From positions 124,001 to 188,000 of the forward strand of contig CP060769.1 in the NCBI GenBank assembly GCA_023205875.1: a DNA stretch of 64,000 nt, given 5' to 3'. How positions within the stretch are numbered: position 1 is the first letter of the stretch; the number at the start of each line of letters is the position of its first letter. The notes under the pieces are model-generated. The model was not told where the DNA came from. It saw only the letters and a list, made by a program, of their open reading frames with translations, and did no database searches. This DNA comes from Chloropicon primus. Its lineage: Eukaryota. A program made the position numbers and the translations under genes. Of this stretch, positions 19,601 to 32,530 are shown one piece after another.

Positions 19601-20747
19601 TGCCAATCCAAGCACTGGCACTGGCACTGGTGGTCAGGCGAACAACAACAATGGCGGCACTCCGTCCTCTGGTCCTCAGTCGTCGCCGACCGTGGGGAAC
19701 ACTCAGAACAATGCTGGCCAGGGAGGAGGGGCCCAAGCCTCTTCGAGCGCGCCGGTGGTGACGCTGAGAGGAGACAAGACGATGTACGTCAGGCAGGGGG
19801 ACCCTTTCAACGACCCTGGTGTGACCGCCGCGGACTCTGCGGATGGTGACGTGACGTCCTCGGTGTACGTTGTGGGCTCTGTGGATCCCAACACGGTTGG
19901 CACGTACAGGTTGCGGTACGTGGCCACAGACAGCGAGGGCGAGAGGGGCTTCAAGATCAGGATCGTGGAGGTCTTGCCGAGAGACGAATCGGGCGCGATC
20001 CCACCACCTTCGGGCAGTCCATCGAGCGGTCCTGCAGCACCAAATCAGCAGCAACCCTCAAACGATGACGAAGAAGATGATGGCTTGTTCCCCACCAACC
20101 CACTGCCTGGTGTGCCTCAGCAGCAGCCCAACAGCAACAACAACAATGCCAATCCAAGCACTGGCACTGGCACTGGTGGTCAGGCGAACAACAACAACGG
20201 CAACCCCCACCACTCTCCCCGCCATCCCCACCGCAGCAACCCTGGGCCCGGGGGCGCCGGCGGGTCTCGTAACGGGCATCGCGTTCCCCCCGAGCACGGG
20301 GAAGACGGGGCCGACGATCCGCGGTCCCAGGAGGGGGGGAAGAAGGGTGGAGTGAACAAGGTCGCCCTGGGCGTGTCCCTGGCCCTGATCTTCGCGGCCC
20401 TGGCCGTCGGCGCCGGGATGTACTGGCGCCGATCGAGGATGAGGCGTCTCGGGCACCACGAGAGCCTGGGCGACCCCCACCTGCCCGCCTTCCGCGGCCC
20501 CCTGCGGAGGATCGTGGTGGACTCGCGGTCCAAGGGAAGCGGGCCGGGGCTCACCACCCCTCTGGAGGCCTACTACAACCCAATGAAGGACACCCACGAC
20601 CACCTGGCGTACAAGTCCGGGGGCGAGGACCTCGACGTCCTGAGGGCCAGGAACCCGGGGGAGGTCGCTAGGGGGTACCGCGACGAGGGGACGGGGCAGC
20701 CCATCAGGAGCGTGGTGACCGGGGACTGGGAGCCTAGTTCAACTTAG
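16387..20747 (+). CDS. Type-I membrane surface glycoprotein (~1410 aa if repaired): signal peptide, Cys-containing head, extensin-like Pro-rich stalk, four DUF5011-like Ig domains, TM helix, cytosolic tail; exons 16387-16588 and 16718-20747 with a 1-nt frameshift at 17284-17290
   Basis: Hydrophobic leader LVPLLAVVVLCSVAPLARC. The GTAAG/CAG intron joins in frame to ORF 16741. S(P)n/T(P)n runs follow, then four copies of PVVTLRGD...DPGVTAADSADGDVT...GSVDPNTVGTYRLRYVATD/NS.G. The TM segment VALGVSLALIFAALAVGAGMYW is followed by RRSRMRR. Confidence 0.8.
17590..20200. repeat. Intragenic nested tandem repeat (periods 660, 738, 741 bp; internal ~195-bp sub-repeat)
   Basis: GGGCCCAAGCCTCTTCGAGC recurs at ~17590, 18250, 18988 and 19729. 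The units are near-identical at the nucleotide level. Confidence 0.95.
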
Positions 20748-22145
20748 GGGTGTTGGTTGGAGCATCAGCGACGAGCTATTATTATGATTATTGATTGCGT
20801 GTGAACCCCATATTTATCGAAAGAGTCCCGTGAAACACGTTTATTTTATTTTTATTTATTTGTAGGGTTTTCAGAAGTGTTGTTGTTTTGCGTTGCGTTC
20901 AACATGGCTTGCCCTGTGAGGCACACGGGTTTTCGTATTTCGGTAGGTGTTTGGTTTGCATTCCCACTTCCTTTCCTTCCTTCTTTCCTTCCTCTCCCTC
21001 TTTGCGCGCTTTCTTCCTCACGTGGTCGGTTTGGGAATGCAAAGATTGCCGTATCACTCCCAACCAGGGAGATGCCAGCTCTGCATGCAATCTTGTTTGT
21101 TCTTGTTTTCCGTCTCGAGGATCCTTTTTTGTTCTTCCAAAAAGGATCCAGTGGTCACGTGCTCTGTCGATGGTCCGTCATCCTGGTCGTCGTGTCACAA
21201 TGCCGGCCTCCACGTCAGCGGCGGGATCCGTCCTCCCTCCCTCACCAATCCCATGTCGCCCCCCTCGTCCCGCGCACCAGTTGACCTGTCTCCCCAAAAC
21301 GTGTGAGCGCTCCAGCTCCTCCGGAGGTTTTCGCACACGGCGTCGTAATTCTATATAAGACGTTACCCTTGCGAGGCCGTGGGGGAGGGAGTTGAGAAGC
21401 GTTTTCCACCTGGGACCCCTTCCGTGGGATCTTCCTGGGACCCCTTCACTCGTCGAAGATCTCCCATCTCAAAGATATTTATGAAAAACGCGATAAGAAT
21501 TCCGCTTTTTTCCACCTCGATGGAAAAAGCGTGGAATGACCTGTGAGGCCAAGATGCGAAATCAACACGAAATCAGCAAAATCGAAAAAAATAAAAAGGA
21601 GGTGAGATCCGATCTCAGCGATCTCAGCGATCGTGTAGATTTCGCCATGTTGCGCCCCCACCCTCGAGGTTTTTTGGAGAAAATGAAAAAAAGAGCTGAA
21701 AAAAAGTTGACAGCGGCGACGACGGACGACGACTCTGCGAAAACGCGAACCGCGAACCCACACGTCATTGCGCGCCTCCCGTCGCGGCCTCGGCTTCGGA
21801 GCATTCGGCAGAGTCGCCCCTCGACGGCGGAGGACCTCGTCGTCCTCTCTCCGTTGTTTTTTTTTCCCGTCGAATTGACGCAGGGACCGCAAAGCTCTCG
21901 ACCCAGAGAGAGGGAGACGGCTTTGCTCCCTCCTCCTCCTTGTCCTCGTCCTCGTCGTCGCAAGGACAAGAGAGAGAAGCGCGGCGCGGCGTGCGTCCTC
22001 TGGCGGCTTGTTTGAAGGTCCGCCGCAACGCTTGAGGTCTCGCAAAGCAAAGCTGCCGTCACTCGGTCTTGCAGCAAAAGCGAAAAGGTTTTCTGTTCCT
22101 TCTTGTTGGTTTGAGTTTTGGGATACTATCTCTCTCTCTCTGGAG

Positions 22146-23231
22146 ATGGAGATGACGAAAGGGCCGCTGAGGCCCGTGGCGATATGCCACGCGCCTCAGA
22201 AGGCGTCGACGCCGAAGATGGTTCAGGAGACGCTGGACTCCGCGGGAGGGAGTGACAGCGCGGAGACGAGGGTCCAGATCTCCTCCCACCAGCACGAGGA
22301 GCACAACAACAACAACAACAACAACAACAAGGACAGCAACAACGGCGACGAGAACAACAACAACGACAAGGTCGGGGTCGTGGCTGCGGCGCCCTCGTTG
22401 CAACAACAGCAGCAACCGACATCGTCGCCCAAGCACCAGCAGGCCCAGGTGTTGGACCCGCAGCAGCAGCAGCAGCAGCACTTCAACAACGCGAGCGCGT
22501 ACATCCAGCAGCAGCAGCAGGCCCAGGCGGCGATGTACGCGTACTGGAACATGTACGCCAACACGGTGTACAGCACGGTGACCGCGATGCAGAACAAGCA
22601 GATGATGAGCCCCGTGATGAACCTGCAGCAGCAGCAGGCCAGCATGCAGCAGCTGATGGGGGGCATCAGCGGAATTCCTTGCACGACGCAGCCTCTCGTC
22701 GTGCCCAACTCGCTCAAGGGCATGGGGTTGCCCCTCTCTGCCGCGATGGCGATGACGGACTTTCAGAGCGGTCCGACCAACTCGATGAACTCGACGTCGA
22801 CGACGATCCTTAATGGCGGGAGCCACCCCAACGGGGGCGCGGCGGCGAAGAAGAGGAAGTACGAGCACAAATTTAGGAAGGCGGGCGACGCGAGGAAGGG
22901 GGTGACGAAGACCAAGAGCAGCGGCAAGGACGGAAGCGCGAGCCAGAGCAAGGTCTGCAGCAATTGCGGGACGAGCACCACCCCGTTCTGGAGGAAGAAC
23001 AAGAACGGGGGCCTGCCCCTGTGCAACGCCTGCGGGCTCTACTTTTCTAAAAACGACGCGATGCGGCCAAGGGAGTTGTGGAGGGGAGAATCCACCGTAT
23101 CGAGCGCCACGACTACAACCACGGCCGTGGTGGCGCCGGCGGTGGTGCCGACGCCGGCAGTGGCGCCCGTTGCTCAACCGGCAGCGACGCCACAACCTCA
23201 GGCGCAGGCCCAGAACGCGAACAGCTCTTAG
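22146..23231 (+). CDS. GATA zinc-finger transcription factor (C-X2-C-X18-C-X2-C) with Q/N-rich N-terminus
   Basis: CSNCGTSTTPFWRKNKNGGLPLCNACGLY, a KKRK NLS-like motif and polyQ/polyN tracts. The start codon is uncertain. Confidence 0.88.
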   Translation: MEMTKGPLRPVAICHAPQKASTPKMVQETLDSAGGSDSAETRVQISSHQHEEHNNNNNNNNKDSNNGDENNNNDKVGVVAAAPSLQQQQQPTSSPKHQQAQVLDPQQQQQQHFNNASAYIQQQQQAQAAMYAYWNMYANTVYSTVTAMQNKQMMSPVMNLQQQQASMQQLMGGISGIPCTTQPLVVPNSLKGMGLPLSAAMAMTDFQSGPTNSMNSTSTTILNGGSHPNGGAAAKKRKYEHKFRKAGDARKGVTKTKSSGKDGSASQSKVCSNCGTSTTPFWRKNKNGGLPLCNACGLYFSKNDAMRPRELWRGESTVSSATTTTTAVVAPAVVPTPAVAPVAQPAATPQPQAQAQNANSS

Positions 23232-24327
23232 AGAGAGAGGAGTCGTCGTTCTCGGAGCCACGCAAACACACACACACACAATAATTTGTTTTTGCAACGT
23301 CGTTGATCTCAAGCGAGCTGTAAGAAGAGACATTCATTTTTCATGCCGCCGCACCACAAAGTCTCCGAACTCGAGAGAGCCACATGCATCGCCCTTGCCG
23401 TTGCCTCTCTTGGCCGGGGCAATCTTGTCCCAAGTTTGAGAGGGAGGATACCGAGGGACGAAAGGTAAAGGGGGACCCTCTTCCACCAATTGGTTTCTCC
23501 CATCATGCTTGAGTTCCTCCTCCCTGCCGAGAGAGAGCGAGAGAGCGAGAGAGAGAGAGAGAGAGACGAGCAAAGGAAGGAGATGGAAGGAAGTCAATAC
23601 CTCTTAACCAGCAAATCCTTATTAAAAACCTAAACACCACCTCCTTCGGCCGGCTTCCTTCTCCCTTGTAAGAAGTCACTCGTTTGAAGAGTTTTCCTCT
23701 TCTGTCGTTTTGTCGTTCAACGAATACAACAATTTTTGACTCCTCTCCTAAAGAAAGGAGAGGAGAGGAGATACAACCGAGTCGTGAGGCCCACACACAC
23801 ACGCACACACAGAGAGAGAGCCAGTGGCTTGAGGAAGGAAAGGTGCCAGGGATTGAAAGGTCACTACTTGTCCTGTCAAGATTGTATCTTTGTCCGCACC
23901 TTGGGATATCTTGAGTTTTCAGACAAACTTTTTCGGGACAAACTTGCACAAACTTTTGGAGACACGCTCCACTCATAGCTATGCGGTGAAGGCCAAAACT
24001 GAGAGAGAGAGAGAGAGAGAGAGAAGAACGGTGCAGCAGAGGGAGGCAGCCGGTTGGCTTTGTTTTGGACCGAAATTGGACGAATCCTTTGCCTTGACGA
24101 AGAGCCTATTGCCGGCCTCCTTGGCAAACAAAGCAAGCAAGTTTTGATAAGTTTTGCTCTTCCTGTTTCCGATGGGTGGGTCACTGTTCCGTGCCAAGCC
24201 ATGAGCGTGTTGTGCTGAGGGTGAGCGAGCGACACACAGTCTACTGAAGTCTTGAGACAACTGCACACACTACGGCACTTGTGTGTGACTTGGCCGGACT
24301 CCTCTCTCGGGTTTTTGTTGTTGCAAA

Positions 24328-25895
24328 ATGTTGATATTTTTGGAAGCCTACGAAAGGACCAAGGAGTGCGAGATAGGCAAGCCCCTGGCGTCCTTCACTG
24401 AGCTCGCAGACTGCTTTTACAAAAGTAAGTGCGCGGAGGGAGACCCCTCCATTGCTCCCCCCACCCTCTCCCCCTGGGCAAGTGCCGTGGGAGCCTTGCC
24501 CCACAGTCGCCGTCGTCGTCGTCGTCGTCGCCGTCCTTGCTGCCCCAACACACACAAAGGCGAACACCCTTCTGACCCCTGCTTTCTTTTGCCAACTTGC
24601 CAGCCTATCCGGAACTTTTTGAAGGGGAAGACTTGAAGCCGCAGCACTTTTACTTGCGGCACAAGGAGCACCACGTGTACTACGAAGGCTTCAAGCTGCA
24701 GGACGTCTTCGAGGGAGCCGTGGTAGAATGCAGGGCGCCAAGGAAGGCCAAGCCCGCGTCGCTGGCAAACTTCGTGAAGAGGAAGCAGATCATGGACATA
24801 CTCTCCAGTAATCAAAACAGAAAGACTGGCTTCAGGGAGAAGCTCTGGACGACTCTGGACGACCCCGGCTCATCGCGGCTAGCGGGCACGATCACCCTCT
24901 TCCTCCTCCTGCTGATTCTGCTTTCCACGGTCAACTTCTGCCTCGAGACGCTGCCGTACTTTTACACTCCGTCGAACGAGTGCGACAATGTGTGGTGCTA
25001 CTTGGAGTGCATCTGCATCTCTTGCTTCACCGTGGAGATCGGCCTGCGGTTATTCAGTTGCCCCTCGTACCGCATGTATTTCCAGGACTGGATGAACATC
25101 ATCGACATCGTCGCGGTGGTCCCGTTCTACCTGGAGGCCATGCTGATGGGAGTGGACATCCCTGGCTTTGCCGTCTTCAGGGTGGTTCGGTTGGTTAGAG
25201 TGTTCAGGTTGCTGAAGATGTCGCGGAGCTCCATCTCAATTTTTGTACAGACCATGAAGAGGAGCGCCAAGCCTCTGTTCATGCTCATCTTCTTCACATC
25301 CATTGCGACCATTATATTCTCGAGCCTGATGTATTACTTTGAGAGGGGAACGTACGACCACGACTTGGGAGTGTGGAAGAGGCTGCTGTACTACAGCTGC
25401 CCCGTGAGAGTCTCGGTGTACGAGCCAGACCTGGCGGTGAACCACCCGCCGAATAGTTACATACTGGATTACCCCTGCCTGTTGGAGACCTCGCTCAACG
25501 ACCAGAATGCGATCTACAAGTGCCCCTACTTGTACCCCAAGGACAAGGGGTGCACGCACATTTACGAGCAGAGCCCTTACGACTCGATCCCGGCCACGTT
25601 TTGGTGGTGCCTGGTGACGATGACCACGGTGGGTTATGGCGACATGTATCCCACGAGGTGGTACGGCAGGCTGCTGGGGATGATCGTGATGGTGTTCGGC
25701 ATCGTCGTGCTCGCCCTGCCAATCACGGTGATTGGAAGCAACTTCCATGCAATTTATGACGAGTACAACCAGGAAGTCTTGGCGAAGGGAAGGGTAGACT
25801 ACCTCGATGCGAGCTTGGTGACCAACGCAATAGAAACGAGCAACAACAATAACGTTGATAGTCCTGCCGGAAATAACAGTAAGAACGGGGAGTAG
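24328..25895 (+). CDS. Voltage-gated K+ channel (Kv-type, 6TM); exons 24328-24424 and 24604-25895, 462 aa
   Basis: S4 RVVRLVRVFRLLK, pore TMTTVGYGDMYP and S6 LALPITVIGSNF. The GTAAG/CAG intron joins in frame. No cyclic-nucleotide-binding domain. Confidence 0.92.
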
Positions 25896-25982
25896 GAACA
25901 TCAACGACGAGTTTCTTGTAATTTTATACACACACACACACACACAACGTGAGATTTACCAGCTTGACCAAGGGCGATCGAT

Positions 25983-27379
<1,397 letters not shown>

Positions 27380-27923
27380 CGCGTGCGTCACGCCATTTAT
27401 TCAGAACTGAAACCTCCTCTTCCCCTCCAGGGAGCGAGCGAGCGAGCGAGAGAGAGAGGAACAGAGGGAGGAGGCGACGAAAGCGAAGGGTGAAGAGGTC
27501 GAGAGGGGTGTCATTCGAAGCTACGTCTCGAGATCTTTCGAACGAGCCTTTAATCGACTGGTTTGGCCCCCGGAGTGATCGATAAAAGGTGCAGGGAAGT
27601 TGATCCTTTTGGAGCTTTTTGTAGGGAGGAAAGGGTCGCCATTGAGGGGAGCGTGAGCGGCGAGGGCGAAGGGTGAAGGCCTCTGGCGCGTCACGGAAGG
27701 AAGACACGTCTCGCGATCTTTCGTTTGAGTGGTCGCTTGACGGGTTTGGACAAGAGGAGTGGTCGGTAACAGTTGAAGCCAGCGAACGAAGGCAGAGGGG
27801 GGGAACAAGGGGGAAAGGGGCGAAAGGGCGGACCGCTTCGAGTCCCAGGACGCGAAAAGGCTCCGAGGAAGACCGTCCTTGACGAAAGAACGTCTCGCGA
27901 GCTTAGTGCATCACGGAGAAAGT

Positions 27924-28541
27924 ATGGAGTCGCGTGTGGCGGGTACGAGCACGCAGGACGAGGCTGGACCGAGCCGGACGGAGACAGAGGAACGAGGTAA
28001 GACTACCGGGGAGAGACTGCCGCCAGGCAAGTGCGCGGGCGTGATAACGCCTCGCCTCGCCCTCCACACCCCGCACACACACGATCACACACGAACGAAG
28101 CAACGCCTCCGTCCTCTTTCGTTGTTTTTCAGGAACCTGGTTTCGCGCGCGCTGACCTGCTCCCGCCCTCGCCGTTTGCTGTCGTGCTTCGTCGCTTGCT
28201 GCTGCTGGCGTCTTGTTTTTGGGGTTGATCCAGCGGAGACAGTCACGCTGATGCTCGTCCCTCGAAAGAAGCCGAAGAAGAAGATCAAGTGGTCCGAAGA
28301 CACCGTCGATAACGAGAACATGGGGAGGAAGAAGTCCAAAAAGTGTTGCATATTCCACAAGAAGAAGCGCTTTGACGAGAGCTCAGACGAGAGCTCCAGC
28401 GAGGACAGCGACGCGGAACACCTTTGCGACGACGAAAACTGCAATGACATCAATTGCGTCGGGAAGCCGCTCGACTTTTTGAAGCTCAAGGCGGAGAGTG
28501 ACAGGTTGAGAGACGCACGGGCGGCGGCTCAACAAAATTGA
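27924..28541 (+). CDS. PPP1R11: Protein phosphatase 1 inhibitor-3 (PPP1R11/Ypi1 family); exons 27924-27996, 28234-28541
   Basis: KKIKWSEDTVDNENMGRKKSKKCCIFHK signature followed by an acidic SSDESSSED stretch. Confidence 0.92.
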   Translation: MESRVAGTSTQDEAGPSRTETEERGKTTGERLPPGKCAGVITPRLALHTPHTHDHTRTKQRLRPLSLFFRNLVSRALTCSRPRRLLSCFVACCCWRLVFGVDPAETVTLMLVPRKKPKKKIKWSEDTVDNENMGRKKSKKCCIFHKKKRFDESSDESSSEDSDAEHLCDDENCNDINCVGKPLDFLKLKAESDRLRDARAAAQQN

Positions 28542-28779
28542 CGAAAGGCGTCGCGACTCGCCCAACAGCTGCAGGGCAGCTGCTGCAGCGCTAGCAAAGC
28601 CCCGTCATAGATTTTTGAAAGAAAAAGTAAAATACCGTCTACAAAGCTTTTGTGCCAAAGAAAAAAATAAGTGTTTTGATCAAAACTCTCGAGTCGAGAA
28701 CGACTTTGGGTCGAAAAATGCCTTGGAAGGGGAGAGCTCTTCCTCCCCGGCTTTGCTAGCTAGTGTACATTCTGCTACT

Positions 28780-29554
28780 CTACTCGGTCTTGCCGCCCCC
28801 CACGGGCTCTATCGTGGACACCAGACCGTTGTTCCTCAGGCCCTCACAATACTCCTCCGCTTCTTCTTGGGCACAAATGATGACCGCGGCCATGCCGTTG
28901 AAGTGGGCCTCGTTCATGATGTTCACGGCGTCGTCCATGGTGAGCGTGGGCACTATCTTTAAAAGCACCTTGACCACGTACTCCCTTTCCACGTTCGGGT
29001 GCGCGACACCGCAGCAACGAGCGCGTCCAAAGCGAAACGAAAAGTAGAGAGATTTTTGGTGTGTCGTGCGCGTTAGCTTACTGGAGCGGCGCGCGCGCGC
29101 GAGAGAGAGAGAGAGATGGAGAGAGGTTCTGCCGTCTTCTTCCCCGTGCGCATCCTTACCTGCGGTTCACCTCGTCGTTGTGAAGGAGGACCTGGTAACG
29201 CGGCGGTTTCTTCTTGCTGGTCTTGTTGTCCTGATCCAAATCAAACTTTGGCATCGCTGTCCCTGGCTTGTCCAGGACGCCACCCCCCGGTCCAGTCGCG
29301 TACGTTATCCCCGCGTGCCCCTCAGGCCTTCTCATCGTCCAGGCGATGCCCCCATCCAGCCCTCCGCTCTCCACCATTTCGACCCCACAAACCACGCTGG
29401 TGCTCGAGCACGTGGCCCTCAGCCCGCTCCTCCACGCCCTCCCACACCTCGCGTGTGCGCTCGGTCGCCCCAGTACTCTGTCTGCTCTCCTCTTCTGCTC
29501 GCCCGAGGACGCCTGAGGCGTCTTGCGACAATCCGCCATCGCCAACACGGACAT
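28780..29554 (-). CDS. CLPS1: Plastid ATP-dependent Clp protease adaptor ClpS; exons 29554-29160, 28984-28780
   Basis: Spliced sequence PPRYQVLLHNDEVNR|REYVVKVLLK...MNEAHFNG...AEEYCEGLR..GL.STIEP, with a transit-peptide-like N-terminus. Confidence 0.92.
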
Positions 29555-30190
29555 CCCGCCCGAACAAAGCGAAGACTCTTCAAGCGACGAGACGTGAGCA
29601 GAGGTTCAACTTCACCTTCAGAACGCGTCGGATGGCCCGCGATGCGAAGGGCGGCCGAGAACGAGGCAGATAACGCACTGATGCACGGGATTCTATGACC
29701 TCCTCACCTCTCCGCGGCCAGGCTCTCGACGAGGCCGCCTTCTTCGGACACTAGCTGTGCTCCATCAAAACAGATAAACGTCCTTGATCAGTCCTCAAGT
29801 CCTCAAAATCGCACGAAATCTTTCACGAGAGGGGTCGAACGAAAGATCACGAAAGCGATGCTTTCGCTTGCTCACCCTCTCGCTCCATCACGACACGATG
29901 GCCCCGCCCGCACCTCCACTCACCTCTGCCTTGTCCCCACTCCTTCCTTCCCCCTGTGTGGTCGAGATTGCTTGCAGCTCCGCTTCTCAAAGCTCCAGAT
30001 GGGGGAGGGAAGGAAACTCCTCAAACTCAAACTCTTCCATGGGGAAAGGGAAGAGTTTCACGCCATGATTGCTGGAGGTGGTGGAGGGGAGGGGTGCGGA
30101 GATTACCAAACGAAACCACGTCTCACGTTTCATGATCTTTCCATTCATACCAATTTGAAACCCCCCTCCTTCCTCCTCTCTCGCCCGAGA

Positions 30191-30514
30191 GAGTATTCCC
30201 AGCGAGCGTGGCTGGGCCAGCGATGCAAAGCGTCATGGAGAGCTAGGCCCAAAGGAGGGGATCCATCGGAAGATCGTGAGTCCAAGGCTCGTCTGGGATC
30301 TCCACCTCCATCCCTTTCCTCGGCCTCCTCACGCAACCATAGACACCAGAGTATCTCCAGTCCCAACGTGGTCGTCTCCGGCGTCGCTGGGCCAGCGATG
30401 CAAAGCATCATGGAGAACGAGGCCAAAAGGAGGGGATCCATCGCAAGATCGTGAGCCCAAGGCTCGTCTGGGATCTCCACCTCCATCCCTTTCCTCGGCC
30501 TCCTCACGCAACCA
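30191..30514. repeat. Imperfect direct tandem duplication, ~175-bp period, 2 copies
   Basis: GCTGGGCCAGCGATGCAAAGC...CCTCACGCAACCA starts at 30211 and 30386. Confidence 0.9.
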
Positions 30515-31025
30515 CAGCATGAAGCCTCCTCCTCCTCGTGTCCTCCTCGTCCTGCAAGATTTTCACCTTTGACCGAGCATCGGGTAATCCATCTTGGAGG
30601 TTTGTCGGGCCAACAGAGGTAAGTCAATGGCGAATGGTGTTCGAGGGAAGGGTTTCGTGCACGAGGAGGGAGAATTGATGAACGACTCGTCTCATTAGCT
30701 TTCCAAAGAGCCCTCCCTCGAAAGATTTGGTCCGCTGGGTCGAGGAATTCGAGGAACTGAACCAACGTTTGGGTTGTGGGTTGTGTGTGCTTGTCAGACA
30801 TCCTTGTGGTTACGTGTCACTCTTTTGGTGGTCGGGTGGGAGAGAGCGTCGTCAGAAAGGGTTTCCTGAAGGAAGGCCTGAAAATGGCGTAAGATGTGGA
30901 GCGAAACGCCTCGGGGAAGGAGAGACCACACTGAACTACCGAAAATCTTTGTAGCAGCAGCAGCAGCATTGTCATCAACACTCTAGTGGCCTGTAGCCTT
31001 GAACAACATCGTCGTCAACAACATC

Positions 31026-32450
31026 ATGGAGAGCAAGGACAACAAGAAGGAGATGACGAAGAACGAATGGAGGGAGCCCATACTGAGGGCGGAGGTGAAC
31101 TCCTGGCTGAAGAAGCACGGACTTCGAGAGAGGTAAGTTTGGGTGGTCAGGCCTGGCACCCAGCAGTTGGCTCGGGTTTCACTGACACTTTCGCTTGTTG
31201 GTTGTGTGGTCTCTCTCTTGTTCAGGCCAAGGCAATTGAGTCAGGACCAGAAGAAAGATCTGAGGGAGATCTTCACGATGCTTGACGCCGATGGGAGCGG
31301 TGCCCTCGACTCTGACGAGATTATCCAAGCTTTCAAGCTCATCAACATGCCGACGAGCAAGTCAAAGATTGTGGCCCTCATGGGGGACGTCCTCCTGGGC
31401 GATGAGGAAGCCGAGCTTGACTACGACGGGTTCGAGCTGCTGATGACTCGGAGAATCAATGACACGACGGACGACTCGGGTCAAGACGACGTGGTCGTGA
31501 TGCCTTTTCACGAGATAGCCAACGCTTTCCGCAGGAAGAAGACCCTTGAGGCCTTCATGAAGGGTGGCCAAGAGAGGCAGCAGATCATCGACAGCGAGTA
31601 CTTCAAGCAAAGGAAGCACGCGGCGAAGAAGCGGTGGCGGATGCCGGGCCAGCGGAACCTGCTTGCAAGGATGTTCAGCAAAGACAAGAAGAGGGGCTTG
31701 GTCGTGGACTCGGACGATCCGAACAAGAGGGGGAATTTTGAGGACAAGCTCAACGAGCTGAAGCTGGAGGTGGAAGTCATGCAGGAGGAGGCGGAGGCAT
31801 CCTCCCGGGTTCTCGAGATCTTCACGGCCTCCTCGCACTTCCACTCCTCCGAGGGCGGAGGAAACTCCTTTGAGTCCCCGGGGGGCGGGTGGGAGCGAGT
31901 CCGGTCCAAGCTCAAGTCGAGCAGGAGGTCCGGGGGCAGTGACTCGAGGTCCTCGGTGTTCCTTTCGCCCGATCCAACTTTCAGGCCAAACACGTGCCCA
32001 AGCTACCTCGAGTCGAAGACCCTCCCGGTCACTACGAACTTGAAGACGGGCATGACGACGTCCAACGGACCGCCGTCCCCCGACTACCTTCCGCCGCTCA
32101 CTCCAGCGCCGAGGGCCTTGGAGCAGGAGTTCGAGGACGTCCACGAGATGGCGAGGCTGGACAGCGTGTTCGACAGCCTCAAGATGGAAGAGGTGGAGAA
32201 GATGAGGCCCCAAACGTCGGCGGCCGTGGATGCTTCTGAGATCAGGTACGCGGCGTACTGGAGGGCCTGCAACAAGGAATTCTTCGACCCGGACATTGTT
32301 CAAGCCAAGGCTCAGATTGTGTTGGCCAAGGTGAAGCCGCCCAAAGCGGAGGTGAACCCTTGGGCGGTCGGCGAACGAATAGCAGACCTCAGGAGCAGAT
32401 CCGCGCAGGGCAAGAGGAAGGGTTTGCGTAATTCGTACACAACAACGTAA
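31026..32450 (+). CDS. EF-hand (centrin/calmodulin-like) protein with long C-terminal extension; exons 31026-31132, 31226-32450
   Basis: LREIFTMLDADGSGALDSDEI is a canonical EF loop, followed by a degenerate second hand. The GTAAG/CAG intron joins in frame. Confidence 0.8.
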
Positions 32451-32530
32451 CACAGCAACTCTCGTCGTGTAAAAAAAAAAAAATTTATAGTCTCCTCAAC
32501 CAACCGAAAAGCTTCTTCTAGCTTCCTATC

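Noticed and set aside
17070..20747. Treating the 1225-aa ORF as a stand-alone gene
   Set aside because: It starts at GTG, lacks a convincing signal peptide, and its first ~70 codons overlap the better upstream frame. A single frameshifted gene explains the data better.
20800..22100. Possible gene or mobile element between the surface protein and the GATA factor
   Set aside because: Only short low-complexity ORFs and tiny local repeats are present. I saw no terminal repeats, transposase or RT motifs.
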